A DNA stretch of 64,000 nucleotides, from the NCBI GenBank assembly GCA_043228905.1, contig JBHGNT010000015.1, forward strand, positions 14,446,001-14,510,000, read 5' to 3'. The position numbers were made by a program, and so were the translations under genes. Origin of the DNA: Azolla caroliniana. Taxonomy: Eukaryota > Plantae > Polypodiophyta. Positions 34,186 through 47,329 of this stretch are shown one piece after another; position 1 is the stretch's first letter; the number at the start of each line of letters is the position of its first letter. The notes below the pieces were generated by a model that was not told where the DNA came from, searched no databases, and worked only from the letters and a program-made list of their open reading frames with translations.

Positions 34186-37100
34186 GAACACACTTAGGAC
34201 AATGATGTGTGTGAAAACACTTAGGACTACAGGGGCATTTTTTCCCTCTTTAGGAGGTTTTTTCCCCTGTCTAAAAATACTCTTACAACCCTAAAGTGGT
34301 GAAGCTTTTTGGGATTCAAAGCAAGAACCCAACAGTGGTATCAGAGCCAAAAAAGCGACATTTGAGTAGCAACACAATGGCTCTCATACGCAGTCCGTCT
34401 GTGCCATCTGTGGTGGCATTTTTCTATTGTTGAAAAAACAAATTTCTGCGTGTTTTCTTTCTCTGCGTGTTTTTTTTCTGCCTCCAAGTCGATTCAATCC
34501 TAGAAAAAACCTCCTTGAGTCTTCCAAGAAATTTCCTACAACCCTCAGAAATCAAATTTGCTTCCCTTTTCTCTTCGCTTGTTCATCTTTCAAGTCAAAG
34601 AGGTACGTTATTCCCTTTTATTCATTCAACAGTCCATTTTTTTACATCAAAACATGTTCAGTCCACGACCATGGCTGAGAACAATGATGTATTTCGAATG
34701 CTTGTTGTTGAGGATAAACTGGATGGAACAAATTACCCTCTTTGGGCTTATATGATGCGCCATGTATTGGTAGCAAAGGGGTTGTGGAATGTGGTTCAAG
34801 GGGCTGAAAAATGTCCCGTTGTTGAGAACAGAAATGCTAATGGTACTGATTCTATTGAGGATTTTGATCATCTTGCTCATGCCCATGCTACGGTTTCTAT
34901 TGTACCAACTGTAGACCAACTTCGTTGGGATGGCAGAGATGCTCATGCACATGCTTTGATACCTTTGTTTGTGAAACGTGCCATTATTCCCCATATTCGC
35001 TCTTGTAAGATAGCAAAGGATGCTTGGGATACTCTTACCACTTTGTACCAAGCAAGAAATGAGGCTCGTGTTGCTTATCTCCGAAAATCATTGGAGAGCG
35101 AGCACATGAATGAAGGTGATTCTATGGACAATTTTCTTACAAAAATCAAAGATTTAAAGGAACAATTAATTTCTGCTGATGAAATGATATCAGATAGTTC
35201 ACTTGTGCAGACCGTTCTAAATGGTCTTCCTGATTCATATCAGAGTTTTGCTTCTACTCTTCGTTTAATGATGAAAGGCAATCCCAATGCCTTATCATTC
35301 GAGGAGCTAGTCTTTGTTTTGTTACAAGAAGACCAGTCTAGGCAAAACAGGTCTATTATGCGTGTTGCAGATCAATCTTTCCTAGCTAGTCAGAAGGGCA
35401 AAGGTAAATGGAACTCTTCTGCTAGAAGGCAAAGATTTGCTAATAATTCACAAGTGAATGAAAAAAAAAACAAGAGCAGAAACAAAAACTATTTTGCTAA
35501 TATTGTAAAGGAATTGATCATATTATAAAGAACTATCCAAATTTGGCTGCAAAAGAGGCAGGACTTGTTGTTGCAGAAGTTTCTACACCAAAAACGGAGT
35601 CTGCAAATCTTGTGCAGAATGAAGAATGGGCATTTACTATTGTTTGTAGTTTTGACCCATCTTCACTTGAACAATGTATGTCTATTGTACAATCAGATGT
35701 TTGGTACTTCGACAGTGGGGCAACCAAACATATTACCTCTCAGTGCAATTTCTTCACTTCATTGGAGCCTGCCCCTACAGGGAATATTGGCACATGTGCC
35801 AACAACTCATCTTATCCAGTTATGGGTGTTGGTAAGATCATTTTGACTACTGTTGATAGTAGTCCTTTCATCTTGTCAGATGTTTTGTTTGTGCCAGGGA
35901 TCAAGGAAAATCTGTTGTCAGTTTTAGCATTAGCCAAGGTTGGCTTGGTTGTTAAATTTGTTGATGACAGGTGTACTGTTCATGATTTGTCCAATGGGGA
36001 TATTATTATTGCTTCTGGCATTTTATGTCGTGGGTTGTATAAGCTCATAGATTATGAAAGATCTATAAATGATTCAACCTGTGCAATACAAGATTCTCAA
36101 GCCATTTCAGATGCAAAGATTTGGCATGCACGTTTTGGTCATCTGAATTTTGCAAGTTTGCTTCACTTGCAGAAATTTGAAATGGTGTCCTCCTTTCCCA
36201 AACTTGAGGCACTTCGGAAGCATGTTTGTGAAGGCTGCATTTTGGGCAAAATGCACCGTTCATCCTTTCCAAAAGATCGTTCAGTTCGAGCTACGCAAAA
36301 ATTGTAGCTTGTTCATAGCGATGTCTATCGTCCTATGTAGACATATTCTCTTGGGAACTATCTTTATTTTGTGACTTTCATTGATGACTTTTCTAGGCAT
36401 GAATGGGTATATCCATTGAAGGCAAAGTCCGAAGTGTTTCTGTGCTTCAAACAATTTCTAGCTTTGGCTAAGAATTTGTCATCATGTAAAATGGGCACCC
36501 TCCGTTCTGATCGAGGGGGGGAGTATATGTCTTCTGAGTTTAATGCATTTCTCGCTGAATGTGGGATAAAACATCAGTGTACAGTGACGTATACACCTCG
36601 ACAAAATGGAGTTGCTGAAAGAAAAAACAAGTCACTCATGGAAACGGCGAGGTGTATGGTCAAAAGTCAGGCCTTACCACATAGTTTCTGGCTTGAGGTT
36701 GTCATGTGTGCAACATATGCACTTAATAGGTGTCCCACTAAAGCACTGCACTCCATCACTCCATATGAAGCTTGGCATGGCCAAAAGCCATATGTTGCTC
36801 ATCTGTGTGTTTTTGGTTGTTTGGCATATGCATTAGTGCCTAAACAACAACACAAAAAACTGGATGATAAAGCAGTGAAATATATTTTTGTAGGATACAG
36901 TTCTGAAAGTAAAGACTATCATCTGTATCATCCACAATCTAAATGCATTTTGGTTAGCCATGATGTTGTTTTTGTGGAGGATGCAATTCAACCACTTCTT
37001 TCATGTACAAAGGAGACATCAGTTAGCTCCAGAGATGTGTATAACACTTTGTTGCCTCTGTTTACAAGTGGACAATTAAGTGTTGGCCCACTTGAGGCAC

Positions 37101-40100
37101 CTTCTCAACCTTTGGAAGCTACTCATAATGATGCAGATCATTCCATTTCTGATGCAGACTTACATGATGCACTTATTATTGAGATGGTTGATATAGAGGA
37201 GGCAAAGACTGTGCCTAGATGGCTGTTGCAGACTTTGCAAGACAGTAAATTGGATTTTCTTTTGCCATACCGTACTCGTTCAAGTTATCATAGTGCTTCT
37301 TTTGCATCAGATTGTTATGCAATGGTTGCCTCTAGTCTTTGTAATGAGAGTGAACTTGTTTCTTTTGATGAAGCACAAAATTCAGAAAATTAGATGGTTG
37401 TTATGCAACCAGAATATGAGGCTATTATGAAGACTGGTACATGGTCTTTATGTGACTTGCCTCCTGGCAAGAAGGCTATTGGCACTAAGTGGGTATATAA
37501 GCTAAAGCATAAACCTAATGGAACAAATTGACAAGTATAAGGCTAGGCTTGTTGCAAAAGGTTATGCCCAAGAAAAAGGCATTGATTTTGATGAGACCTT
37601 TGCGCCCACCTGCAGTAGGACTATTGTTCGTAGCATATGTGCAATTGCAGCTCATCGTGGTTGGAATGTACATCAGTTGGACATAAAACAACATTTCTAA
37701 ATGGCGATCTTCATGAGGAAGTGTATGTATCCCAGCCCCATGGTTTTGTGCAGAAAGGGCACGAAAACAAAGTGTGCAGGTTGCGAAAGGTATTATATGG
37801 CTTGAAGCAAGCACCACGTTCTTGGTAAGAAAAGATAAATGCCTATTTGATTGCATTTGGGTTTGAGAATAGTCCAACTAAAAGCACCTTATATGTTAAG
37901 CGTGTTGATGATATATTTCTGATCATGGTTGTGTATGTCGATGATATGTTGCTCATTGGTCCCAATGAGAAGCATATTGCTGACTTTAAGGCTGATTTGC
38001 ATGCCTCCTTTGAGATGTTAGAATTAGGGCATTTGCATCATTATTTGGGCATTCATTTATGCAAGTTGATGGTGGAATAGCTTTGTGTCAATCGAAATAC
38101 ATTGACACATTATTGCAGTGTTTTGGACTTGAAGACTGTAAACCTATTGCCACTCCCATGGAGACAAGTTTACGTTTGAGCCTTCATGATGTTGGAGATG
38201 CATTTGATGTTGTTCTCTATCAACAAGCAATTGGATGCTTGATTTACTTATGCATAACCCGACCTGATATTCAGTTTGTTGTCTCTCATATGAGTAGGTT
38301 TATGCATTGCCTAGGAGTTAAGCATTGGCAGGCAGTTAAGCGCATCTTTCGCTACTTGAGTGGTACCCGGTCACTTGGGTTGTTTTATCCCAAGGGGGGA
38401 ACACTACCACCAGACCTGCATGCTTTTTCTAACTCTGATTGGGCTGGTTGTTATGACACTCGTGTGTCCACAAGTGGTTTTTGCTTCATGCTTGGTAGCT
38501 CATGCATATCTTGGTTGAGCAAGAAGCAGCCTACTGTGGCCATTTCTAGTTGTGAGGCTGAGTATAGGTCAGCTTTCACAGCTATAGTTGAGTATGAGTG
38601 GCTCATATGCCTTTTAACTTATTTGGGTGTTGGTCAGTCTTCTGCCACCACCATCTTCACTGACAGTCAAAGTGCAATGGCAGTTGCGAGGAACCCTGTG
38701 TTCCATGCTCACACTAAGCACATTGAGGTGCATTATCTGTTACAGGCATGACCATATAATATCCCGTGGTGAGAATTTACCGTCGTATTCTATACACGTG
38801 GATAAGTGTGAGGGTTAAACGAGATTGTAAAGAAGGGGAGGATTACTTTTAATCCTCGGGATTGAGACAACCCATTAAGCCAAGTGTGAACTTGCTTGGG
38901 GGCCTTGGGTATCGCTATAAATAAGAGGCCTAGCTACCCTCATTTCATCATATCTTTTGACTACGTCGAGACTTTGTTTCGTGGTGGTTCAACTCTTGTA
39001 GCGAGCACGCCAACACCAAGTACGAATCGACGCCACGACGGTGGTATGGGACGCTGATCGAGGCTCGAGTCTGTCTTGATCCCTTCGCCCGGGGGTGGTC
39101 GGGTGGATCGACACCCTTCTTTCTCTGTCTCCTTTCTATCTATCTATCTATAATTCTTTTCTCCTTATCATACACTTACATTAGATCATATCTCTAATAG
39201 TTGGTATCAGAGCTCATGTTCTAATGTTTCTTTTGTTGTCTTTTATCTTCTTGATTGATGGCGATCGATCAACGTGCGGTCGACCTTGTTCCAAACATCA
39301 ATCAACAAAGGAACTTTGGTAATCTTTCTTTGTTTTTTTTCTATTTTTTCTTCTCCCTTCTAATCATGTATATGGTCATATGTATAAAAAAAAATCATTA
39401 ATTCAATGATGTTGTAGTGGTAATTAATTGGTTATATAAAACGTTTACATATGTGTACGAGGTCAATACCTTATTTGACATATATTTAATATGTGATTAG
39501 TGTCGTACGCATACGAGGTTAATACCTCAATTACGTATTACGTTCACAAACATATGTTACGTTTGCATATGAGGTCATTACCTTGATTTGTATGTAAATG
39601 ATATGCATTTGGTGTCGTATGTGTATGAGGTCAATACCTCAATTGCGTATTACGATTAAGCCTTATTTTTAGATGTTTTCTGTGCGTAGAGGGTATATGC
39701 CTCGATTACGTATCTCGATTACATCATTTTTGGCTATTTTATATTACAATTTCTTTTATATATGCATATGTGGTCACGTGTATACGTATTTGATCATATA
39801 TATGTGATAATATACATATGTGTATATAAGTTATTACATGATTTCAATATCAAATGTTTTCCTTTTCGGGGAAAGGATCTTGGTGGCCATCCTCACATTT
39901 TTGTGAGGATGGCGTTGTCACCATCCCTTTTTCAACAAATTTTTATTGTTGACATCCTCGTTGGTGACTTCGATTTCGTTACGTAATGAAACAATCTTAG
40001 CCACAATGGTGTTGAGAACGTAGGGGTTGACCCACTTGATGGGAGGTCACTCTTATGACACACATATCCAACATCCCTCCCTCATTACATGGATACGATG

Positions 40101-43100
40101 CCACCATGAGCTCATTCTTACAAAAGGCATTCGTAATGACATAACGTGGGCCTACTACGAAAACAGGGCTCATTTGGCATGACCATTAGGTTGCACTTTG
40201 GCGTATGCCATCGTAATTACGAAACTTGAGGTTAGGTAATGTACCAACAAAGTTTGTGGTAAACGAGGGGGAAATAAGGACTTTGACATATATGTTTCTT
40301 TTAAAAAAACATATATGGGCAAATGCCTTGCATATCACTTATACGCATTAAATATTAAACAAACATTCAACAAGAGCGACCTACTTGGTTGGCTTAAGTG
40401 TTTAATGCATTTGTTCTCGAGGTCTCGAGTTCAAATATGACTAAGACCATACAACATCATTAATACATATGACTATAACACGTGTTTAGACTTGAGGTCT
40501 AAGTGCACTTCGGGGTCCTCGTAATAGGACTTAAAGAGCCAAAACCACATATGTGGGCACCGAAACATAGTTTGTTGTTAACATTTTTTTCGTGTATATA
40601 CTATTCATGACGCGAACATACATAGTTGAGCCTCGGGGAGCCACCATGAAAAAATCGATATAGAGATCAGGGAAAGACATTTATTTGTCACCCCCATAGT
40701 TTTTAAAACACCTTTGTGTTACCATAGTAACCTGATCTTGAACTTCATCTCATACGTCTAGAGGGGTATTGACGTGAGATCATGATATCGATTAATGTTT
40801 GCCCATGATATGTTTACATCACGGCATGATGTTATGACTACTTGTCTGACCTTATCCTATTTCTTTGCCAGAAATAATCATTCAATGGCTCAAAATAACG
40901 ACCCGATGTCATCCACTCAAGTGGAAGGAACTCAAGGAAATCCTCCTGGAGAAATGTCCATTGAGATGTATTTTTCACAAATAAGCCAATACCTTAGTTT
41001 CACCACTCAACAGATGACCGAACTTCGGCAATCTCAAAGTGCTCTTGAGGCACATGTCATTAGTTTACAATGTGAGACTAATAGACCTGATGAGCGACAA
41101 GGTGAACCATCGTTTGTCGTTAAGCCATTTACGGGAGAAAAAAAGGAAAGAACCGAAGAAGCAATCTGCACATGGTTGGGCCGATGGGAGTCTCATTTTG
41201 AGCTCTATCCCACGCCCGATAGTATGAAGATTGCATATGTTAGCCGAGAACTAGGGGGTAAGGTAGCCACTTGGTGGCATGGGCTCCGAACTTTGGGGAA
41301 ATTGCCCGATACCTGGACAGATTTTGTCACAGTTTTTAAGGGCCAATTTCTGCAACCTCCCTCTCGAACTGAGGCAACACAAGCTTTAATGAACCTATCT
41401 AGTAGGAAGTTTTCCTCGCTTGAAGACTATGTTCACCATGCTAGAACCCAAATCCAAAAATCGGGTCTAGAAGGTGACAATTGGTTAATAGCTTGTTTTG
41501 TCAATGGCATCCCCAATTCGGACTATCACTAGATAGTGCACAATAAGGATCCAAAATCCTTCAACGAGGTCGTTGAAATAGTTCTTCGTTATCAATGCAC
41601 TTTGAAGAAGGACCACAACAAACCCAACGAAGCGCCCGAGACTAAGCAGTCGAAATTCACTGGGAAACGCAAGATACCCAACAAATTCATGGATCGTGAT
41701 TGTAAGCAACATCCTATTTGCGTATTCTGTAAAGGGTCATACAAAAGAGCAATGTCGAAAGCTCCAACAGAAAGAGGAGGATTGCAAAGCTAAAGCTGCA
41801 GACCATAAAGGTCAGATTCCTAATGTCCTTCAGGTCTATACACATCATTTAAGTAATTGTCAATGTTCTTTCCCTCACTATGTATTGGGTCCCAATGATT
41901 TACTACGTGCAAACGAGTATATCAATGGATCTCCCGTACAATTTTTGTTTGATTCGGGAAGCTCACACAACTTTGTGAATGATCGTTTAGTTTAGATATG
42001 GGGAATCCAACCCACCATAAGTGATCACACCTATACAATGGACTTGGTTGATGGAAGAGTACAATGCATCAACGGGGCGATTCATTCATTAGGAATTTCT
42101 ATTGATACTTATATAGAGGAAGTAGACTTCCATGTAATGAATCTTTGTACCATTAATGTAATACTAGGTTATCTCTGGTTCTATAATAAAAACTCTTCTT
42201 TATCTATTGATTGGGTTCATCATTCAATAACTTTTGTACTGAACGATTGTACTCATTTTATTCAATGTGTAAAAAAACAATCCCTCTCGATTGTTTCCTC
42301 TCCATCAATATCCGAGTTGTCTTGTTCTACTCTATTTTATTGTGTACTTGATTTGGACATTCATGTTTACAATATCGATAATATCTCGGTTCAATTAACA
42401 TATTTTGAACAACAACTTGATGACATCTTAAATGATTTTTGTGATGTTTTTCCTAGTGAACTACCAGATGGGTTACCTCTTAAACGTAATATAGACCATA
42501 GTATAGATATTGTACCTAGCGTTGCACCAATAAGTATACCTCCTTATCACTTAAGTCAATCCGAAGAGGATGAGGTATCTAAGCAACTCAAGGACTATTT
42601 ACGAATGGGTTATATACGTTATAGTAAATCTCCATGGGGTGCACCAGTTCTCTTGGTTAAAAAGAAAGAGGGCGCATGGCGTATGTGTATTAATTACCGA
42701 CGCTTGAATAAGTGACGATCAAGAATTTGTATATAGTGCCCCAGGCTGACGATCTAATTGACCGTCTCCAAGGAGCTCGGTATTTTACGAAACTTGATCT
42801 CCGTACTGGCTACCATCAAATTCGTATAAGTCAGGACGATGTTCCAAAAATGGCATTTCGTACGCGCTATGGCCATTATGAGTTTTTGGTTATGCCTTTT
42901 TGGTTTTCGTACGCTACATTTCCGAGAACAACTTGGAAAATTTGTCGTTATTTTCTTGGATGATATTTTAGTTTATAGCCGTACATTACAAGAACTTGCT
43001 AAATATGTCCGCTTTGTTTTACAAACATTGCATGACAAACAGTTTTATGCGAATATCTCAAAATGTGAGTTCTTCAAGAAATCAATTACTTATCTTGGAC

Positions 43101-46100
43101 ATCTCATAACCAAACGAGGAGTTGAAATTGATCCTTCTCACATCGAGAAAATCAAGCTTTGGCCCACTCTTTGGAATATTCGAGAAGTTCGATCATTCCT
43201 TGGTTTTGTCGGGTTTTTGCGAAAATCCCTTCGTAATTACTCCCAATTGACGATGTAGTTTACTGATCTTCTAAAAGGTCAAACACGTAAGTCTACAAAA
43301 CCTATTGTGTGGAATGCTACACTAGACCTCACCTTTAAGGAACTCAAGGACCTGGTGTGCAAGGCTCCTTCACTTCTTTTACCCAATCCTTCAAAACTTT
43401 TTGAGGTTGAAACCGATGCAAGCGATTATGCTATATGTGTTGCCTTATATCAAGATGGTAAACCAATAGCATTCGAGAGTAAGAAACTTGATTCTGCTCA
43501 ATGTCGGTATACCATTCAAGAAAAGGAGTTATTTACAGTTATACATGCGCTCAAAACATGGTGCCATTATCTTTATGGAAATCGTTTTGTGGTAACTACG
43601 GACCACGAGTCCTTGAAATATTTTTGTGACCAACAAGACCTGAAAGGTCGTAAGGCACGGTGGGCTGATCTCATCCAGGACATTGATTTTTCCATACGAT
43701 ATCGTAAAGGTTCCATGAACACTGTCGTTGATGCACTAAGTTGCATCCATGAAGTTAACATGCTTAGCTTCACTGAAATAACATCCTATCTTTATGATCA
43801 CCTTCGAGGAAAGTATCCTGATGACAGTTATTTTGCGAAATACTGGGCAAGAGTTGAGTCTGGAACAGACACCACCACATCCTCGAAGGAATACTTCCAC
43901 ATTGCTAACGGTCTACTCTACCGTAATGGGAAGGTTTGTGTTCCAGATTTGCCTGAGGTCAAAAAGAGAATTCTTTTTTAATGCCATATGCACCCTCTGT
44001 GGGGCACCCTGGAATACATCGTACACTCGTTCTCATCTCCACTCAATTCTATTGGCCTAAGATGTGTCCTGACATACATAGCTATGTGACTAAATGTCAC
44101 CAATGTCAGGTTAACAAAGCCGAGAGACTTAAAACCGCAGGACTTTTACATCCCTTGGACATTCCCAATAATAAGTGGGAAAGTATATCCATGGATTTTA
44201 TTGTTAGCCTTCCTCGCACCCAAAAAGGCCATGATGTCATCTGGTTTGTGGTTGACAGACTAACTAAAATGGCCTGATTTATTGCTACGAAAACCACGGT
44301 AACAGCTCCTAAATTGGCTTACCAATTCGTTGACGAGTTATTTCATTTTTATGGGTTACTAATCGAGATCCAAAGTTTACTAGTGACTTCTCGACACAAG
44401 TCTTTAAGAAGTTAGAAACTACATTGAGCATTAGCTCCACAGATCATCCTCAATCCGATGGACAGACAGAACGAGTAAATCAAATTATTGAGGACATGCT
44501 TCGTGCATACATTGGTACAAAACCGACAAAATGGGAACGTTATCTCCCAATTTTGGAGTTTGCTTATAACAACTCCAAGCATACATCGACGAGATATAGT
44601 CCTTTTATGTTGATGTATGGCTTTCAGCCACGAGCCCCGATTGATGTTAATATACATCATGATGAGTTGCGAAGTATGCAAAACTTTCTTTGGGATATGC
44701 AAGATATGTTGCATATTGCACGAGATAATATAAAAACTGCTCAAGATAGAACGCATTTTTATGTCGATCATCGTAGGCAACCTCGTGTATTCAACCCTGG
44801 ACAGAAGGTATTTTTACGTGTACCTCACAATTCTAAGACATTGTCTAAGGGTAAGTGCGCTAAGTTAGCCCCACGGTTTTGTGGACCTTTTACAATCCTC
44901 AAACGCATTGGGTCATCAGCCTATCGTCTCACTCTTCCCGATGGTGTTGAAATTCATCCAATTTTTCATGTGAGTCGTCTAAAAGAACTTCTAGGTTCTA
45001 GCGACAATACAGTTACAACTAAAACTCTGGTTACTTCTAAAGAATTATCTTCAAAACCACATGTACCAGAAAGAATTCTCGATATTAAAACAAAAAAATT
45101 ACATACTAAAGAAATCCGAGAATTTAAAATAAAATGGATGGATAAACCAATAAAAGATGGCACATGGGAACGCGAAAATATTCTCAGAACTAACTTCCCT
45201 AACTTACCATTGCAAGAGTGCAATGTTTGGGGCATGACCATATAATATCCCGTGGTGAGAATTTATCGTAGTATTCTATACACATGGATAAGTTTGAGGG
45301 TTAAACGAGAGTGTAAAGAAGGGGAGGATTACTTTTAATCCTTGGGATTGAGACAACCCATTAGGCCAACTGTGAACTTGCCTGGGGGCCTGGGGTATCG
45401 CTATAAATAAGAGGCCTAGCTACCCTCATTTCATCATATCTTTTGACTACGTCGAGACTCTATTTCGCGGTGGTTCAACTCTTGTAGTGAGCGCGCCAGC
45501 ACCAGGTACGACTCAACGCCACGGCGGTGGTATGGGACGCCGATCGAGGCTCAAGTTTGTCTCAATCCCTTCGCTCAGGGGTGGTCGGGTGGATCGACGC
45601 CCTTCTTTCTCTCTCTCCTTTCTATCTATCTATCTATCATTCTTTTATCCTTATCGTATGCTTACATTAGGGCATATCTCTAATATTATCACTATGTCAG
45701 GGAAAGGTTCTCCGTTGGAGAGATCAGTTTGGCTTATGTGCCCACGCAGGAGAACATTGCAAACTTCTTCACAAAGGCTCTGCCTAGGGAGAAGTTTGAA
45801 GCTTTCCGCAAAGCTTTAGGCCTAATCCCATTTGTGGATTCATCTCTATCCACATAGCTTGGCACTTGTTTAACCATGAGTGTCAGCACCTTGTTCATCG
45901 CATCACTCCCAAGGGGGATTTGTTGACATATTTTGGTAGTGATGTGTGTGAATACACTTAGGATAGTGATGTGTGTGAACACATTTAGGACAATATTGTG
46001 TGAACACACTTAGGACTATAGGGGCATTTTTTCCCTCTTTAGGAGGTTTTTTCCCCCTGTTTAAAAATACTCTTACAACCCTAAAGTGGTGAAGCTTTTT

Positions 46101-46124
46101 GGGATTCAAAGCAAGAACCCAACA
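34186..46124 (+). mobile_element. Element E: degenerate short-LTR Ty1/copia with truncated 5' LTR, host of F
   Basis: Partial 5' LTR 34186-34334, iMet PBS 34336-34348, PPT 45911-45918, 204-bp 3' LTR 45921-46124 with about 27-bp internal repeats. Gag-pol remnants at 34671-38737 and 45691-45857 (WYFDSGAT, YVDD). Confidence 0.88.
38738..45685 (+). mobile_element. Element F: degenerate chromovirus Ty3/gypsy (iMet-primed, chromodomain-like C terminus) in the RNaseH of E
   Basis: LTRs 38738-39199 and 45224-45685, perfect TSD TTATC, PBS 39202-39213. Gag-pol remnants 40885-45245 (LFDSGS, FLDD, PERILD...KW...TWE). Confidence 0.9.
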
Positions 46125-46979
46125 CCTTTCCCATTCAAGCGACTTGTATCCTTCTGGAGGGTCTTCATTCTCAATGGGGTCAATTTGCACCTTGACTATT
46201 AAATAGTCCTGCATCTCCTCCTTCCAGAAGTTGAAGTTCGATATGTCGAACTTCCTTAGACTCATCTCTGACGAGCCGGATGATGAAGCGATCTGTGTTG
46301 GTATAATAGACTTTGTCCGTAGTTAGCTGCGAACTGTGATGGAGTGTAGCAGCTTGGCTCACTCGATGTCGTTCTAGCCAAAGTTGGACACAAGTCATGT
46401 TGATTACGAATGTCGATGAATCCTGTTCGGAGTGACTACTGTCAACTGACTTAGTTGAGTTGAACCCGGATTTGATTGTTCGATTTCGAGTGTCGATCTT
46501 CCAAGATTTCCCAGCATGAATTATGTGCGATTTTCCAAGCCGATCCTATTTTGGGTAATTGCGATGATGAGAGGGGCGGAGCCTACTGGTCCTCCCGAAT
46601 GTCGTTCAACCGAATGAAACATAGAATGGGGTTGCCCCTGGAGTCATGTTTGCTTTGAGTGGTTATGACAATTGAGAAGATAGCGTCAGATGACCTATTC
46701 GATTTCTGCCTAACCGAGTGAAGCACGGATGTGGCCTGATCAAGAGAAGGGTCTCACTCTAAGCAATGACAATCACAGAGTTAAAGTACAGTCAATTGAC
46801 TTACTTCAAGAGCGATTTTGAACAATGGAGTGCAGACCTTTAGTTGTCTCTCTTCGTCAAATGTAATTTCAAGAGGAGTTGCCAATCGAGATCTTCAAGG
46901 CGTACAAGAGAAGAGTTGCCGATGGAGGTTAGATAGATGGCGACAACAGAATCAAACAATATCAAGCTCTGATACCAGA

Positions 46980-47108
46980 TGTTGAGATCACCGTCATCTA
47001 ATGTGGAACAAGATTGACACTCTACTTCTATAAGCTCCTATAAGATCGTCAGTGGATACAAGATTGTAACTTTTATAACATCGAAGACAAACAATACAAC
47101 TAGTATGC

Positions 47109-47147
<39 letters not shown>

Positions 47148-47329
47148 AGGCACAATGTAAAGAGTATATTACAACTTAACACAACAACCACTAACTATGT
47201 TACAGAGTCAGTTTATATACTAACTGACTTAGGGCAACTGCCCTTCTCTCTATTTCCATAAATAGCCTAAGCCTAGTGTGTACAAAAGGAGACGGTGTGA
47301 ATACGTCCATTAGAAGCCCGTATTCAACA
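46980..47329 (-). repeat. 5' LTR of element A
   Basis: Adjacent minus-strand PBS TGGTATCAGAGC; homologous to 10269-10649. Confidence 0.92.

Larger units (their letters stand above)
10269..47329 (-). mobile_element. Element A: degenerate Ty1/copia LTR retrotransposon, host of nested B, D and E
   Basis: Matching LTRs 10269-10649 and 46980-47329 (TGTTGA...TCAACA, about 95% alike). TSD AAGAG/CAGAG. Minus-strand tRNA-iMet PBS at 46966-46977 and PPT at 10650-10656. Broken gag-PR-IN-RT-RH pieces at 46125-46300, 31742-34185, 25674-26433 and 10660-11530. Confidence 0.9.

Noticed and set aside
40385-40445. Weak A-box/B-box-like sequence in the F leader (TGGCTTAAGTG...GAGTTCAAAT)
   Set aside because: Degenerate, single copy and no cloverleaf; cannot be called a tRNA or SINE.
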